64,000 nucleotides of DNA from Neoechinorhynchus agilis (lineage: Eukaryota; Animalia; Acanthocephala), in NCBI GenBank assembly GCA_051530055.1, contig CM121343.1:4186389-4250388 (forward strand), given 5' to 3'. Under the pieces are notes generated by a model, which did not search any database, was not told the DNA's origin, and saw nothing but the letters and a program-made list of their open reading frames with translations. Shown here one piece after another: positions 11,367 to 25,444 of this stretch. The translations under genes were made by a program, and so were the position numbers. Within the stretch, counting starts at the first letter, position 1; every line of letters begins with the position of its first letter.

Positions 11367-11664
11367 CAATGTAACCACCGTATACAATGATCAAATCAAT
11401 ATATGCTGAAATCGAATCACCCTAATACCACTTATCAGAAGAACTTAGGTCGCAAACCAAAACTGTTACCTCTTCGAATTATTAACCGAGATTTCGATCG
11501 CAAAAGTGAAGAATATGAAGCATACGGAAGAATCTTAATTAAAGGAAAACGTAAAGCGGATTATTCACACAAATCCATCCCATCACGTGGCAAAACGAGT
11601 CGAATACCTACGTCACTTCAACAAACACACGGAAGAATCTTAATTAAAGGAAAACGAATTGTTT

Positions 11665-12520
11665 GCACAAGTCTCTCCATCACATGGCAAGATGGACGAA
11701 TCTTATCTTCACAATCGCAAACAATCCATTTCATACCCTTCTACCTCCTCTATCCTCAGCATATCACTCACCAAAGGCGTACCTCAAGGTGCTGTCTCCA
11801 TTTCTCTTTAATATTTTCCTAAACAACCTCAAACCTCTTTATTCTCACTCTGAACACTTCTTATACACCGACGATATCACCCTCATCATCCATTCACAAC
11901 TCCAACTTTCCTTTCACACATATAAAAGATTTCGGCACCAATCACAAACTCCATCTCAATTTCTCTAAATGCTTCGAAATGATCCTCTCTCGCCCCCAAC
12001 TCCACAACATCCCCTGAGCTTCTAAATGACATCCTACGAGTAACCTCCCTAAGAATTCTGGGTATCCAATTTCAATCAAACTTGAAGTGGGACTCGCACA
12101 TCACTCTCTTCCTGAAGCACAACACCTTTAAAATTTATCTCCTCAAACGCCTAGGACATTTAGGAATCCCTTCACCGGATCTCTCCAAATTTTAATTCGG
12201 CTTTATTTTACCTTCCCTCACCTACGGTTATGCCGTCTTTTGCAACATATTCAAATCTTAAATCCGTCGCCTTGAAATTCTTCACAAAAGAGCATCTAAA
12301 ATTTACACAGCTGACTTTCCCCTTCTCACCGAATGCCTTGATGCTATTTTCATAAAACAATCAAACCGCCTCTCAACCCTACCACCACAATTTCTACCAT
12401 ATATCGCTCCCTTTTCACCCGAGCACAACACAAACCTTGATAATGGTACAAGATCGTGCCAAAATATTAGAACCAATAAATTGTTTTAATTTTACTCCAA
12501 ATGCTATATTTCAATTTCGA
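11665..12520 (+). mobile_element. Degraded, 5'-truncated LINE (L2/CR1/Daphne-like) reverse transcriptase fragment
   Basis: Across frameshifts: SYLHNRKQ, KGVPQGAV-SPFLFNIFLNNL, FLYTDDITL (YADD-like), LRILGIQFQSNLKWDSHI, KIYLLKRL, LPSLTYG, RRLEILHKRASKI. Confidence 0.85.
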
Positions 12521-12585
12521 AGTGTTTCATGAATCTACTTTGGCAGCTCGCATTTTATTTTTGCTTGAGCTATAATTATTTCTAC

Positions 12586-13070
12586 TCAAAGAACCAAATC
12601 TGCCGGATTTTCCCTCGAGTGCATTATCGACTTGGCGAATTTCGATCGGTCATGGCAGCTTATGTCATTGACCGAAAATCCACCGTAAACGATGTAAATT
12701 TCTGAAGTTATAGTAAATCCATTTTGTTGCCTCCTCGGCAATAAAAACACGTTTGCCTTTTTCGACGCAATGTTTGGTGGCAATCTTGTTGCAAGGTCGG
12801 GATGTTGTCAGGTTAACAAAAGATCGGGTAAATTTACGCCAATACTCTTTTTGTGATCGATTTGCGAATTTTTGCACGAGCGACTTGAAACCTCTTAATA
12901 AAAATAAAACATTATGGATGTTGCCGGGTCAAACTTCGGTCCTTAGTTGTTTTAACATTTTAATTGAAATAACTGCGTCTTATTTTCGCGGTTAAATCTT
13001 TCGATAGTAGCTTCAACGTCCACGGAACATAACGTGTCAGAGTATTCATTTCGCTTCCAATCACCAAATT
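12586..13070 (-). CDS. Possible small uncharacterised gene
   Basis: Overlapping minus-strand ORFs 12665-12877 and 12586-12783, with an ATG near 13070. No motif recognised. Confidence 0.25.
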
Positions 13071-13388
13071 CATTTTATCGTTAAAAATATTGGACAAAAA
13101 TTCATTTTTGTAACGAGAACTACAAACGATTTATTTTTCGTAGCCTTATAAGTGCATCGTGGCTCGTGGTAGACTTAATCAATCACTAAGACAAATCAAA
13201 TTTATTATTTTTGCCGTATGACATTGAACGATTGACGACGTTAACAATGTAATTACAGGACATTTCGAGAAAATAGTCAACAAATGTTTTCTGCTTGCTT
13301 ATATAAGGCGGTGATTGGGTGTGTTTGATTTCTAAACAGCCGATTGTCGAATTTATATTGTTGTCAATTGGTAGGTGCTTGCCTTATT

Positions 13389-15420
13389 TTAGTCAATTTC
13401 ACGGACATTGACTAATTCAGCCTTGTTGATCTTCCTTCCCATTATATCTAGATTTAAGCCAATAAGAAATTTACAGTTAGGCTCTCGTCGGGTTAAAATG
13501 ACTAAAATTCGTTCGATCACTTCCAAGTTTTGATTATTATTTAGAAGTCTTTACCCGGTAAATAATTTTTTATTAAAGACGTTTTGCGAACCTCGTCGGG
13601 TTCGTTATCAATTTGCTTGTAAGCTTTTGAACATGAGAGTTCGTGGCTTACAAGCAAATTGATGATGAACCTGATAAGGTTCACAGAACGTCTTTAACAA
13701 ACAAAATTGTTTATCGGGTGAAGACTTTTAAACAATAATCCTAATCATTTACCTCGGTACCTCCTCACATATCGACACTTTCAGGTTTTCTTTAAAATTT
13801 GCGCTCTAATGCTGTAATACAATGCCGAATTTTAGGAAAAGCATTTATTACATTATCGCTATTTTTAAATGTCAAATTTTTACCTTCCATCTTTTCAATC
13901 AGTTTTAAAAGCTTTGTAGTTGCAGCTCCTGACGCATCATATCGACACTCTGCCTGTAAAAACGACGGTGATTTCTATCTGTTGCATATAACCTAAGAAC
14001 ATACCTCGACTAGTTTTTGATTCAACTTTTTAATTTCTTCGTTCCATTCACCCTCCTTTTTTGAATACTGAAACGGTAGGTTTACAAAAAAAACCCATAC
14101 AAATTCGTTAATATACAAACTTCGTCAAACTTATTCTTTGTGCTCAAATATTCCCGACGAAACAAATTGAGGTCCATTTCCACTGCGGCTTCTTTGCTAA
14201 AAGATTTCCACAATAGTTTAAAAAATTACACCTATCATTATTCCAACCTTTCAGCCTGAGATGCTTGTAGATCAATCATTTCTAACTGCTTTTCAGCATC
14301 ATTCCATTTTTCAAATATCTACTTTCCAATCAGAAAATAGACTTTTAATTTATAATAAATCATTCCGGACCTCTTCTATTCTTTTATCACATTCCATAGC
14401 GAATGCTCGCATTGCCTCATAGTGTTGTTCGATTTCATTAATTTCTACTTCATACTTATCGTTCTTTTGGTCAAGAACCTGTCGACCACTAAAAAACAAA
14501 ATTTAAATAGATATTTTTGATATGGTAAAACCGCACCGTTCACTTTCACTGACGGCCATATTCACTTCCTCCAGACGATCAGTTGTCTCGTAGAGTCGCC
14601 GCTCGGATTGTTCAAGTTCAACTTCGAGCGCGTGAACACGCTTCTGCAAAGCGATTACTTCGCTTTCTGCCTAAATTCAAAAGGATATTTGCCACCACCA
14701 CCACCACCACGATTTTTTGCTTTCAACTATAATGCGATATTCGGCCGTGAAAAATAAAGTTAATCACGAATGAAATAAAATCATGGGGAAATTAATTTCA
14801 CACAAACTTACATAGTAGAAAACTTACAAATAACCCTGATAAAAGCGTACAAAATTGTGTGTTCCTCCGAAAACAATCGGACCTAATAAATTCAAATTTT
14901 CACCGTCTCGTGTAAAAAGGGCATGAGTTCCTTGGTGATGATTTATTGTTTCCAATATTTCGTCTCGTCGGACTTCTTTAGGTCTAAAAAGTAGAGGTAG
15001 GTCACGCTGAAGAAGTCCGACGAGAAGAAATATTTAGAACAATAAATCAATATCATTCAATGTTCGAACGGAAACAATTGGGTTCTATCGTGGAACGTCC
15101 ATTAGCTAGAAAAATTTAGATCAAAATCAATTGGCTCTTGATTATCGCCTGATATTATTAATTTGCACTGGTGTATTCCTTCTTTTTAAAAAAGAAAAGT
15201 CGCTACGTTGCTCGTTTGAATAAAGGTTGTTGTACTAACACATTTCCGTTCATTAGAAGTATTAACCAATTGTTTTTTCAGCGCGTCTAGGTTACGTTTT
15301 GCTGCGATGCTTTCATTTAGCATTCCAAAGAGACGACATTTCACGTTCAGGTAAATAGCATCAGCGTCTGATGGGTTTTTTACTTGTTGGATCATCCCTT
15401 CAGGTATTGGTTGACTTTAG
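13389..15420 (-). CDS. Divergent tropomyosin (coiled-coil exons in the canonical order)
   Basis: Exon ~14536-14671 AESEVIALQKRVHALEVELEQSERRLYETTDRLEEVNMAVSESER matches tropomyosin [26 protein letters not shown]...ADESER. Following exons: GRQVLDQKNDKYE..., LESRYLKKWNDAEKQLE..., YSKKEGEWNEEIKKLNQKLVE, AECRYDASGAATTKLLKLIEKME. The preceding exon ends LDALKKQLVNTSNERKC (short-isoform exon-1b-like). The last exon is tentative. Confidence 0.75.
13532..13776. mobile_element. Palindromic element family A with one-sided tail (in the last tropomyosin intron)
   Basis: Inverted arms GATTATT...GAAGTCTT..TTAAAGACG / CGTCTTTAA...AAGACTT..AACAATAATC followed by a tail ending CCTCACATATCGAC. Related copies at 36386-36591 and ~27140-27271. 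Confidence 0.7.
14939..15049. mobile_element. Palindromic MITE-like element, family C (tropomyosin intron)
   Basis: TGATTTATTG...AATATTTCGTCTCGTCGGACTTC / GAAGTCCGACGAG..GAAATATT...CAATAAATCA. Second copy at 31565-31685. Confidence 0.7.
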
Positions 15421-15778
15421 TGATGTTGGACGTATATAAAAGATAAACAAAAGACGGTTGAGTTTATCAGGACGACTTGCTGCTACGGAGTGCTTTTACA
15501 GCGAGGCAAATTGGCTGTTGCAACTGGTGCTTCGTGCAAAAGCAAGCATCGGAAGTTGTAAAGGAGCCTACTGCTTCGACGTGACAAGAGCAGCATTAGC
15601 AGAACTATGGCAACCCATTATAACAATAGTATAAGACTTATATGACGCAACCCTTGCTATCGATACCTTTTTGCGTAGACAAACGATTTTCTCGTGAAAA
15701 ACACACTAGAAGAACCCGTGGGTATCGATTTTGTCATTATTCTAAACCTGATGGACTTTTTTTCGGGGAGGTGCAAGA

Positions 15779-16522
15779 TCAAATAGTTACCATAACAAAA
15801 TTATGGGGACCCAGAAAGGTGTTAGTCAAATTTGTATGGGGAATCTGTTCGATCAATAACAACAATGAATTGTTTTCAAACCTTACCTGGTTCAAATTAC
15901 CACCTAGTGCACTGACTTCCTGTTGTATAAGTCCCAATTTTGCATTGAAAGACAAGCAGAGTGTTCCAAAGAAACTTGATTCTGGATAGGGGTCATCGTC
16001 GTCCTTCGATGAATAAGAGTCCACATTTCCTAGTAAGATGTCGCTGGCTTCTATACAAATCCTAACGTTTTCTTCAATAAACTGTTCATCGCTCGAATTG
16101 AGACCTTCAATATATTCCCTGAATTGTTCATACTCCGCAAGGCTTCTTCTAATTTGTTTGATTTTTTCTTCTTGCAAAATTTTATTCACAATTGCTTCAC
16201 GTTTTTTATCCGAACAATATCTCATCTCAGAAGGCTTTATTCGACTCCCAGCACTTGCCATACACACTATTTGCTTATTATTTCTGCATTGTTTACTTTT
16301 TGGTAACGAAGAAAAGAGACCAATGGGATGTTTCTGACTGTCGTATGATGATGGTCGATTCGCGATAATGGGCTTAAATTCGAGTTGTTGACCGCAACTG
16401 AAATAGTTATAGTAATCGATGGCACTGATATTTCCCGACTCTATCAGTTTATCCATCTCACAGTTGTTGTTGCCGCTGGTACCAACCGTCGGTTTGCGGA
16501 TTGCGCTATACGTTTCCAACAT
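15779..16522 (-). CDS. Long open exon upstream of tropomyosin: either an N-terminal extension or a separate uncharacterised gene
   Basis: 247-aa ORF with an internal CAG|GTAAGG donor near 15885 and small spliceable segments between it and the 15186-15420 exon. Confidence 0.5.
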   Translation of the reverse strand: MLETYSAIRKPTVGTSGNNNCEMDKLIESGNISAIDYYNYFSCGQQLEFKPIIANRPSSYDSQKHPIGLFSSLPKSKQCRNNKQIVCMASAGSRIKPSEMRYCSDKKREAIVNKILQEEKIKQIRRSLAEYEQFREYIEGLNSSDEQFIEENVRICIEASDILLGNVDSYSSKDDDDPYPESSFFGTLCLSFNAKLGLIQQEVSALGGNLNQVRFENNSLLLLIEQIPHTNLTNTFLGPHNFVMVTI

Positions 16523-16539
16523 AGATTAGTGATTGAGTT

Positions 16540-16851
16540 TCACGGAGTCGAATTGTCTTTATGTGAGAGTCTCGATGATTGGCTTCGGTTTCTAAAAAGA
16601 CACACGGGCTTGTTTTTTAAAGGAAAGCAATAACCTTCACCAAGACTTCCCCATTGAAGAAAAACCCAAATTTTCCAGCGGTGGACACGATGAATTGAAT
16701 TATAAAAATATGCAGCATGGCGCATCATGTAACCAGCGCCTGTGCAGTAGTAGAATGCGTTTATATACGGTTCGGCGGCGCCGCTATATGTGAAGTGGAG
16801 AAGAAGAAGACGTACAAAAAGAACGGCGTATACGGCTGTAAGCCTATACAT
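16540..16851 (-). CDS. Possible small secreted or membrane protein exon
   Basis: MYRLTAVYAVLFVRLLLLHFTYSG-AAEP looks like a signal peptide. The aromatic-rich body has no recognised family. Confidence 0.25.
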   Translation of the reverse strand: MYRLTAVYAVLFVRLLLLHFTYSGAAEPYINAFYYCTGAGYMMRHAAYFYNSIHRVHRWKIWVFLQWGSLGEGYCFPLKNKPVCLFRNRSQSSRLSHKDNSTP

Positions 16852-17069
16852 TCTGCCTAATGATTAGTCCTCGTGTCAACAAGACGGAAACAAGAAGCGC
16901 ATTCGTGTTACAGACTGCGGAGTTTCTTTTTTTAACATTGAAACCACTATCAATTCTTACCATTGGATCCAAAATACTCATATAGCTTTCCTTTTTTATT
17001 AAAAATATACACCAAAATACAGAATTTTCGCCTATATAAATCATCAGGAGAAAAAAATTAAATTGTAAA

Positions 17070-19500
17070 ATTGGAGATGTGGCGACCATAATCTCCGCCC
17101 GGATAAAACAAGTATTTTCAATTGAGATATTTCACGAAGAGGAAACCTCTTCAATTGTTGTTAAATTATTCAGAAATTAGAAAAGCTTTTTTCACTTAGT
17201 TTTTCATTGTGAAATGTCTTCAATAAAATAATTTCCATTCGTTTCTCTATATGTCATAAAGAGAAAATCCTTCCGGATGATAAAATTAGAGATGTGGCGA
17301 CAATAATCTCCGCCCGGATAAAACACATATTTTCAACTGAGATATTTCACGAAGAGGAAACCTCTTCAATTGTTGTTAAATTATTCAGAAATTAGAAAAG
17401 CTTTTTTCACTTAGTTTTTCATTGTGAAATGTCTTCAATAAAATAATTTCCATTCATTTTTTGGATATGCCATAAAGAGAAAATCCTACGGAATGATAAA
17501 ATTAGAGATGTGGTGACCATAGTCTCCGCCCGGATAAAACAAGTATTTTCAACTGAGATATTTCACGAAGAGGAAACCTCTTCAATTGTTGTTAAATTAT
17601 TCAGAAATTAGAAAAGCTTTTTTCACTTAGTTTTTCATTGTGAAATGTCTTCAATAAAATAATTTCCATTCATTTTTTGGATATGCCATAAAGAGAAAAT
17701 CCTCCGGGATGATAGAATTAGAGATGTGGCGACCATAATCTCCGCCCGGATAAAACAAGTATTTTCAATTGAGATATTTCACGAAGAGGAAATCTCTTCA
17801 ATTGTTGTTAAATTATTCAGAAATTAGAAAAGCTTTTTTCGCCCAGATTTTCATTGTGAAATGTCTCCAATAAAATAATTTCCATTCATTTTTTGGATAT
17901 GCCATAAAGAGAAAATCCTACGGAATGATAAAATTGGAGATGTGGCGACCATAATCTCCGCCCGGATAAAACAAGTATTTTCAACTGAGATATTTCACGA
18001 AGAGGAAACCTCTTCAATTGTTGTTAAATTATTCAGAAATTCGAAAAGCTTTTTTCACTTAGTTTTTCATTGTGAAATGTCTTCAATAAAATAATTTCCA
18101 TTCGTTTCTCTATATGTCATAAAGAGAAAATCCTTCGGGATGATAAAATTAGAGATGTGGCGACAATAATCTCCGCCCGGATAAAACACATATTTTCAAC
18201 TGAGATATTTCACGAAGAGGAAACCTCTTCAATTGTTGTTAAATTATTCAGAAATTAGAAAAGCTTTTTTCACTTAGTTTTTCATTGTGAAATGTCTTCA
18301 ATAAAATAATTTCCATTCATTTTTTGGATATGCCATAAAGAGAAAATCCTCCGGGATGATAAAATTAGAGATGTGGCGACCATAATCTCCGCCCGGATAA
18401 AACAAGTATTTTCAATTGAGATATTTCACGAAGAGGAAACCTCTTCAATTGTTGTTAAATTATTCAGAAATTAGAAAAGCTTTTTTCGCTCAGTTTTTCA
18501 TTGTGAAATGTCTTCAATAAAATAATTTCCATTCATTTTTTGGATATGCCATAAAGAGAAAATCCTCCGGGATGATAAAATTAGAGATGTGGCGACCATA
18601 ATCTCCGCCCGGATAAAACAAGTATTTTCAACTGAGATATTTCACGAAGAGGAAACCTCTTCAATTGTTGTTAAATTATTCAGAAATTAGAAAAGCTTTT
18701 TTCGCCCAGATTTTCATTGTGAAATGTCTTCAATAAAATAATTTCCATTCATTTTTTGGATATGCCATAAAGAGAAAATCCTCCGGGATGATAAAATTAG
18801 AGATGTGGCGACCATAATCTCCGCCCGGATAAAACAAGTATTTTCAATTGAGATATTTCACGAAGAGGAAACCTCTTCAATTGTTGTTAAATTATTCAGA
18901 AATTAGAAAAGCTTTTTTCACTTAGTTTTTCATTGTGAAATGTCTTCAATAAAATAATTTCCATTCATTTTTTGGATATGCCATAAAGAGAAAATCCTCC
19001 GGGATGATAAAATTAGAGATGTGGCGACCATAATCTCCGCCCGGATAAAACAAGTATTTTCAACTGAGATATTTCACGAAGAGGAAACCTCTTCAATTGT
19101 TGTTAAATTATTCAGAAATTAGAAAAGCTTTTTTCGCCCAGATTTTCATTGTGAAATGTCTCCAATAAAATAATTTCCATTCATTTTTTGGATATGCCAT
19201 AAAGAGAAAATCCTCCGGGATGATAAAATTAGAGATGTGGCGACCATAATCTCCGCCCGGATAAAACAAGTATTTTCAATTGAGATATTTCACGAAGAGG
19301 AAACCTCTTCAATTGTTGTTAAATTATTCAGAAATTAGAAAAGCTTTTTTCACCCAGATTTTCATTATGAAATGTCTCCCATAAAATAATTTCCATTCAT
19401 TTTTTGGATATGCCGTAAAAAAAGAAAATCCTTCGGGATGATGGAGTTGGACATGTGGTGATCATTATCCCAGATAGAAAATATTTCATTGCGATATTTC
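17070..19500. repeat. Tandem satellite, 215-216 bp unit, 11 full copies plus a diverged 12th
   Basis: GATGTGG anchor at 17076, 17291, 17507, 17723, 17939, 18154, 18370, 18586, 18802, 19018, 19234 and a diverged copy near 19452. Internal hairpin GAAGAGG-AAA-CCTCTTC. Confidence 0.97.
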
Positions 19501-19549
19501 GCGAAAAGGAAGTGTCGCCTCATCAGTCATCGCTAAATTATTGAGAAAT

Positions 19550-19749
19550 TGTTTGTTTATGACGGCAAAGTCAAATGAATTTATTAAATCCAATATTTCG
19601 GCACAATCTCGTGCTTTTATCAAAGTTGTTTGTAAGTTTTACCACGTAAATTCATGCGGTATAACTTGCAAACAACCTTGATAAAGGATCAAGATTGTGC
19701 CGAAATATTGGATTTAATAAATTCCTTTAAAATTTCTGTCATAAACAAG
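19550..19749. mobile_element. Palindromic MITE-like element, family B
   Basis: TGTTTGTTTATGACGG...AATTTATTAAATCCAATATTTCGGCACAATCT / AGATTGTGCCGAAATATTGGATTTAATAAATT...CTGTCATAAACAAGC. Confidence 0.8.
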
Positions 19750-19894
19750 CATAAATAGTTCACTCTTCAAACAATTTGAGAAATTATAAAAGCCTTTTGC
19801 GCTCTACTTCCTTTTTGAAATATATTCAATAAAATATTAAATATTTTCCATCCATTCTTCTAAAAAAAGAAAATTTTTTTATATGATGGAATTC

Positions 19895-20062
19895 GAGATG
19901 TGGTGATAATATTTCGCGCTCGGATAAAAATATTTGCTTAGAGATATTTCGAAAGAGGAAGCCTCATTCGCCGAGCAAAACAATATAAAATGATGAATAA
20001 CCTCTTTTTCGAAATATCTTCAATAAAATGTTTTGTATTCGGGGATTATGATCACCACATCG
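19895..20062. mobile_element. Palindromic element family D (related to the 216-bp satellite unit)
   Basis: GAGATGTGGTGATAAT...GATATTTCGAAAGAGG / CCTCTTTTTCGAAATATC...ATTATGATCACCACATC. Related copies at 30406-30624 and 49047-49172. Confidence 0.7.
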
Positions 20063-20274
20063 CCAGTTCTAAAAATCCACAATGCGGGATGCTATGTCGA
20101 TTTGGTCGTATAACTGGAAACCCCGCAAGCCGTAAAATAATTCAGTGTTTTCATGGCGAGGATTACAGGTTGGATGAAGATTTCGTGGAGGCTGCTAATC
20201 TTTGGTGTTAAGTTTCCGGTAGCTAGTAGGACTCACTCCTGGTAGCGAGAATTCATAACTCTTTAATTTCAGAT

Positions 20275-20520
20275 TCTCGTGGCCTGGTGAACCGAACTCG
20301 ATTGGTGGCATTCTCTACAAGAGAATCGGATGCTTGGCTCAACGCTATCCCAATCGCTTCTGTGGGTACTCTTCAAAAAAGACAAGGCAGTAAGGATTGC
20401 AGTGTCCCTGAGACTCGGAGCGACCGTGGATCCGTCGGGACGCCATGGTCTCTTCGGTCGGCAATCAGGTGGCAGGTACTCACGACACGCCGATACGCAC
20501 AACAACGTTTCACTACTATA
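20275..20520 (+). mobile_element. Second CRE-like non-LTR retrotransposon fragment
   Basis: NRTRLVAFSTRESDAWLNAIPIASVGTL, a frameshift, then AVRIAVSLRLGATV-DPSGRHGLFGRQSGGRYSRH. Matches ARL.A....SGAWL.A.P..S.G....A.RIAV.LRLG...HGL.C..S.GR..RH. Confidence 0.75.
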
Positions 20521-20996
20521 ATCAATCATGTTCGTCGATCCTAAAATGTACAAAAAACCAAAAATTCTTTACTAACCGCAATTGTTTTTAACAATTTGAT
20601 CAATATTAGTTACTAAGGCAATTCAGACTCTCGTCCAACTCAAGTTATGGAGATAATGTCAGCCATATTTTTCAGCATTGTCATGTATGTTTTCACACGA
20701 GGTGCGTCTTTCCAAAAATCCAAAATATCAGAACATCAGAAGGAACACAAACAAATGCCACGAGTCTTTAGTATTTTCATATTCTTTACAAAAACGACCG
20801 AAACCAATCTTTTCCGCTTAATATCCAACGTTGGTTGCAGCTATGATATTATTAGAATATCCATTTGTTTTTGGGACCATTGAATTGATCCGAGCGGAGA
20901 GCGATGCCTCTTCTTCGTGGACTTTTATTTATTTTGATCACACACGCGTACTGTTGGTTTATGAGTTTTTTCTTCATATTGAGTTGATTGGTCTTG

Positions 20997-21062
20997 CGAC
21001 ATCTTCTTTTGGGCCTCTCGGCTATATTCCTTTTTTAGGAGCCTTTCGGCTGACTTGCACGC
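20997..21062 (-). mobile_element. 3' fragment of the same tRNA-derived SINE family
   Basis: Reverse complement GTGCAAGTCAGCCGAAAGGCTCCTAAAAAAGGAATATAGCCGAGAGGCCCAAAAGAAGATGTCG matches 7690-7754. Confidence 0.75.
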
Positions 21063-22500
21063 ACTCTTCGTGGACGGTAGTGATTGTTTAAACGTTTTGT
21101 TGTTTTGTGTATGTAACAAAAAGTGTAATAAAATAAACTGGTTCGAAAAAAACATTGGAGTGTCGGTAACGTTCACTTATTTAAATATAAGCAAATAAAC
21201 GCTCAGTTCTGCTTCAGTGACAAATCCGAATAGTGTGCTCCTAGATTCTCTATTTAGAGCAGCCCGATTTGAATTTCGAAAGCTTATGTCAAACTTCAAT
21301 TCGAGACTAATCTGTGATGCCTGCCGTGTTGAAGATGACCTCTACATTTCAAACATATTTCTAAAGACGTTACTTGCTTTAAGATTATAATCGCTGTTTC
21401 AAATCATTTTAAAAATCCAATTCTGATTAAACCTAGGAAACTATCAACAAATAGTTAAATGTGTTCGATAAGATTTGATCCGGTCATGAAAACAGTCTAA
21501 ATAATTGTATGTCTTGAAATTGCATCGTATACAGTTTAATGTTTTAAATATGAATATTACGATAATTGCATCGATAAGCAAGAATGGATTATATTGCGCA
21601 CAAGGTCCGCGGCTCCTCCCTTTTCAATAAACAATATTGTAAAAATATAATGAACTTCAGATGTTCTACTGAAATCTACCAAATATCCTTTTCTTAAAAA
21701 GTCCTTAGAATTCTTATAAGGATTTTCCGAATTCAAATTGTATGTAAACTTTAGAATTTGCTATAAACATCTACAAACGAACCTACCGCGCATTTTATTG
21801 CTGTTCCACGATTTCACAAATGAAGCATTAAAAAGTTGCAACGGGCATATTCATTTGCTTAGTTAAATGAAATTTATAATTTTTAGCAGCCATCAGTGCT
21901 AATAAGTACTATGGAGAAGAGCAGTAGTTTTCGCGATTCTAGGAATATTTCGTTTCATGTAATGATAAAAAATGATCTTTGGTCATGTACCGTACAACTG
22001 GTTTAGTCAGAACAAGAAGGTCGTTACTTGCAATACAATTGATTGGAGCAATCCCTAGATTCGTCATTATCAAATGTCACGAATTATCGAATGGACGAAC
22101 TTGTCCAAATGTCAACTTTATCGGAATGCACTTCTTACTTAAAGGTACTGCTTGTGGCAACTAAAGCTTGATTGGACAATTAAGTTAGTGTTAATCGGGT
22201 TATTCTTCTTTATGAGTGACATTAGAACGATAACAATTGCATTATTGACCTGTCTACCCGGAATATCTTATTTCAATGGATATTTGTACTACAAATGACC
22301 ACCGGCAATACACAAAAAATAATCTGAATAAATATTGCGTATTTGTATTGGTGAATTTTAGAGTCTACATTTTTTAGTTGAAATTTTGCCCAGATATTTG
22401 TGCTAGAAAAATAAAATAAACGATTCATTTTTTTATTTGTTTTACAGCAACTTTGTACATTTAAATTATGATTGGTCCTTTCATGCAATAGTATATGTGT

Positions 22501-25444
<2,944 letters not shown>

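Noticed and set aside
19490-19530. Hammerhead ribozyme core (minus strand CTGATGAG...CGCGAAA); also 49097-49122
   Set aside because: Stem II pairing is irregular, and I could not form stems I and III with a cleavage triplet.
20264-20635. Imperfect direct repeats (TTCAGA[T/C]TCTCGT) as a TSD of the CRE fragment
   Set aside because: The fragment is internal and truncated at both ends, and the match is short and imperfect, so chance cannot be excluded.
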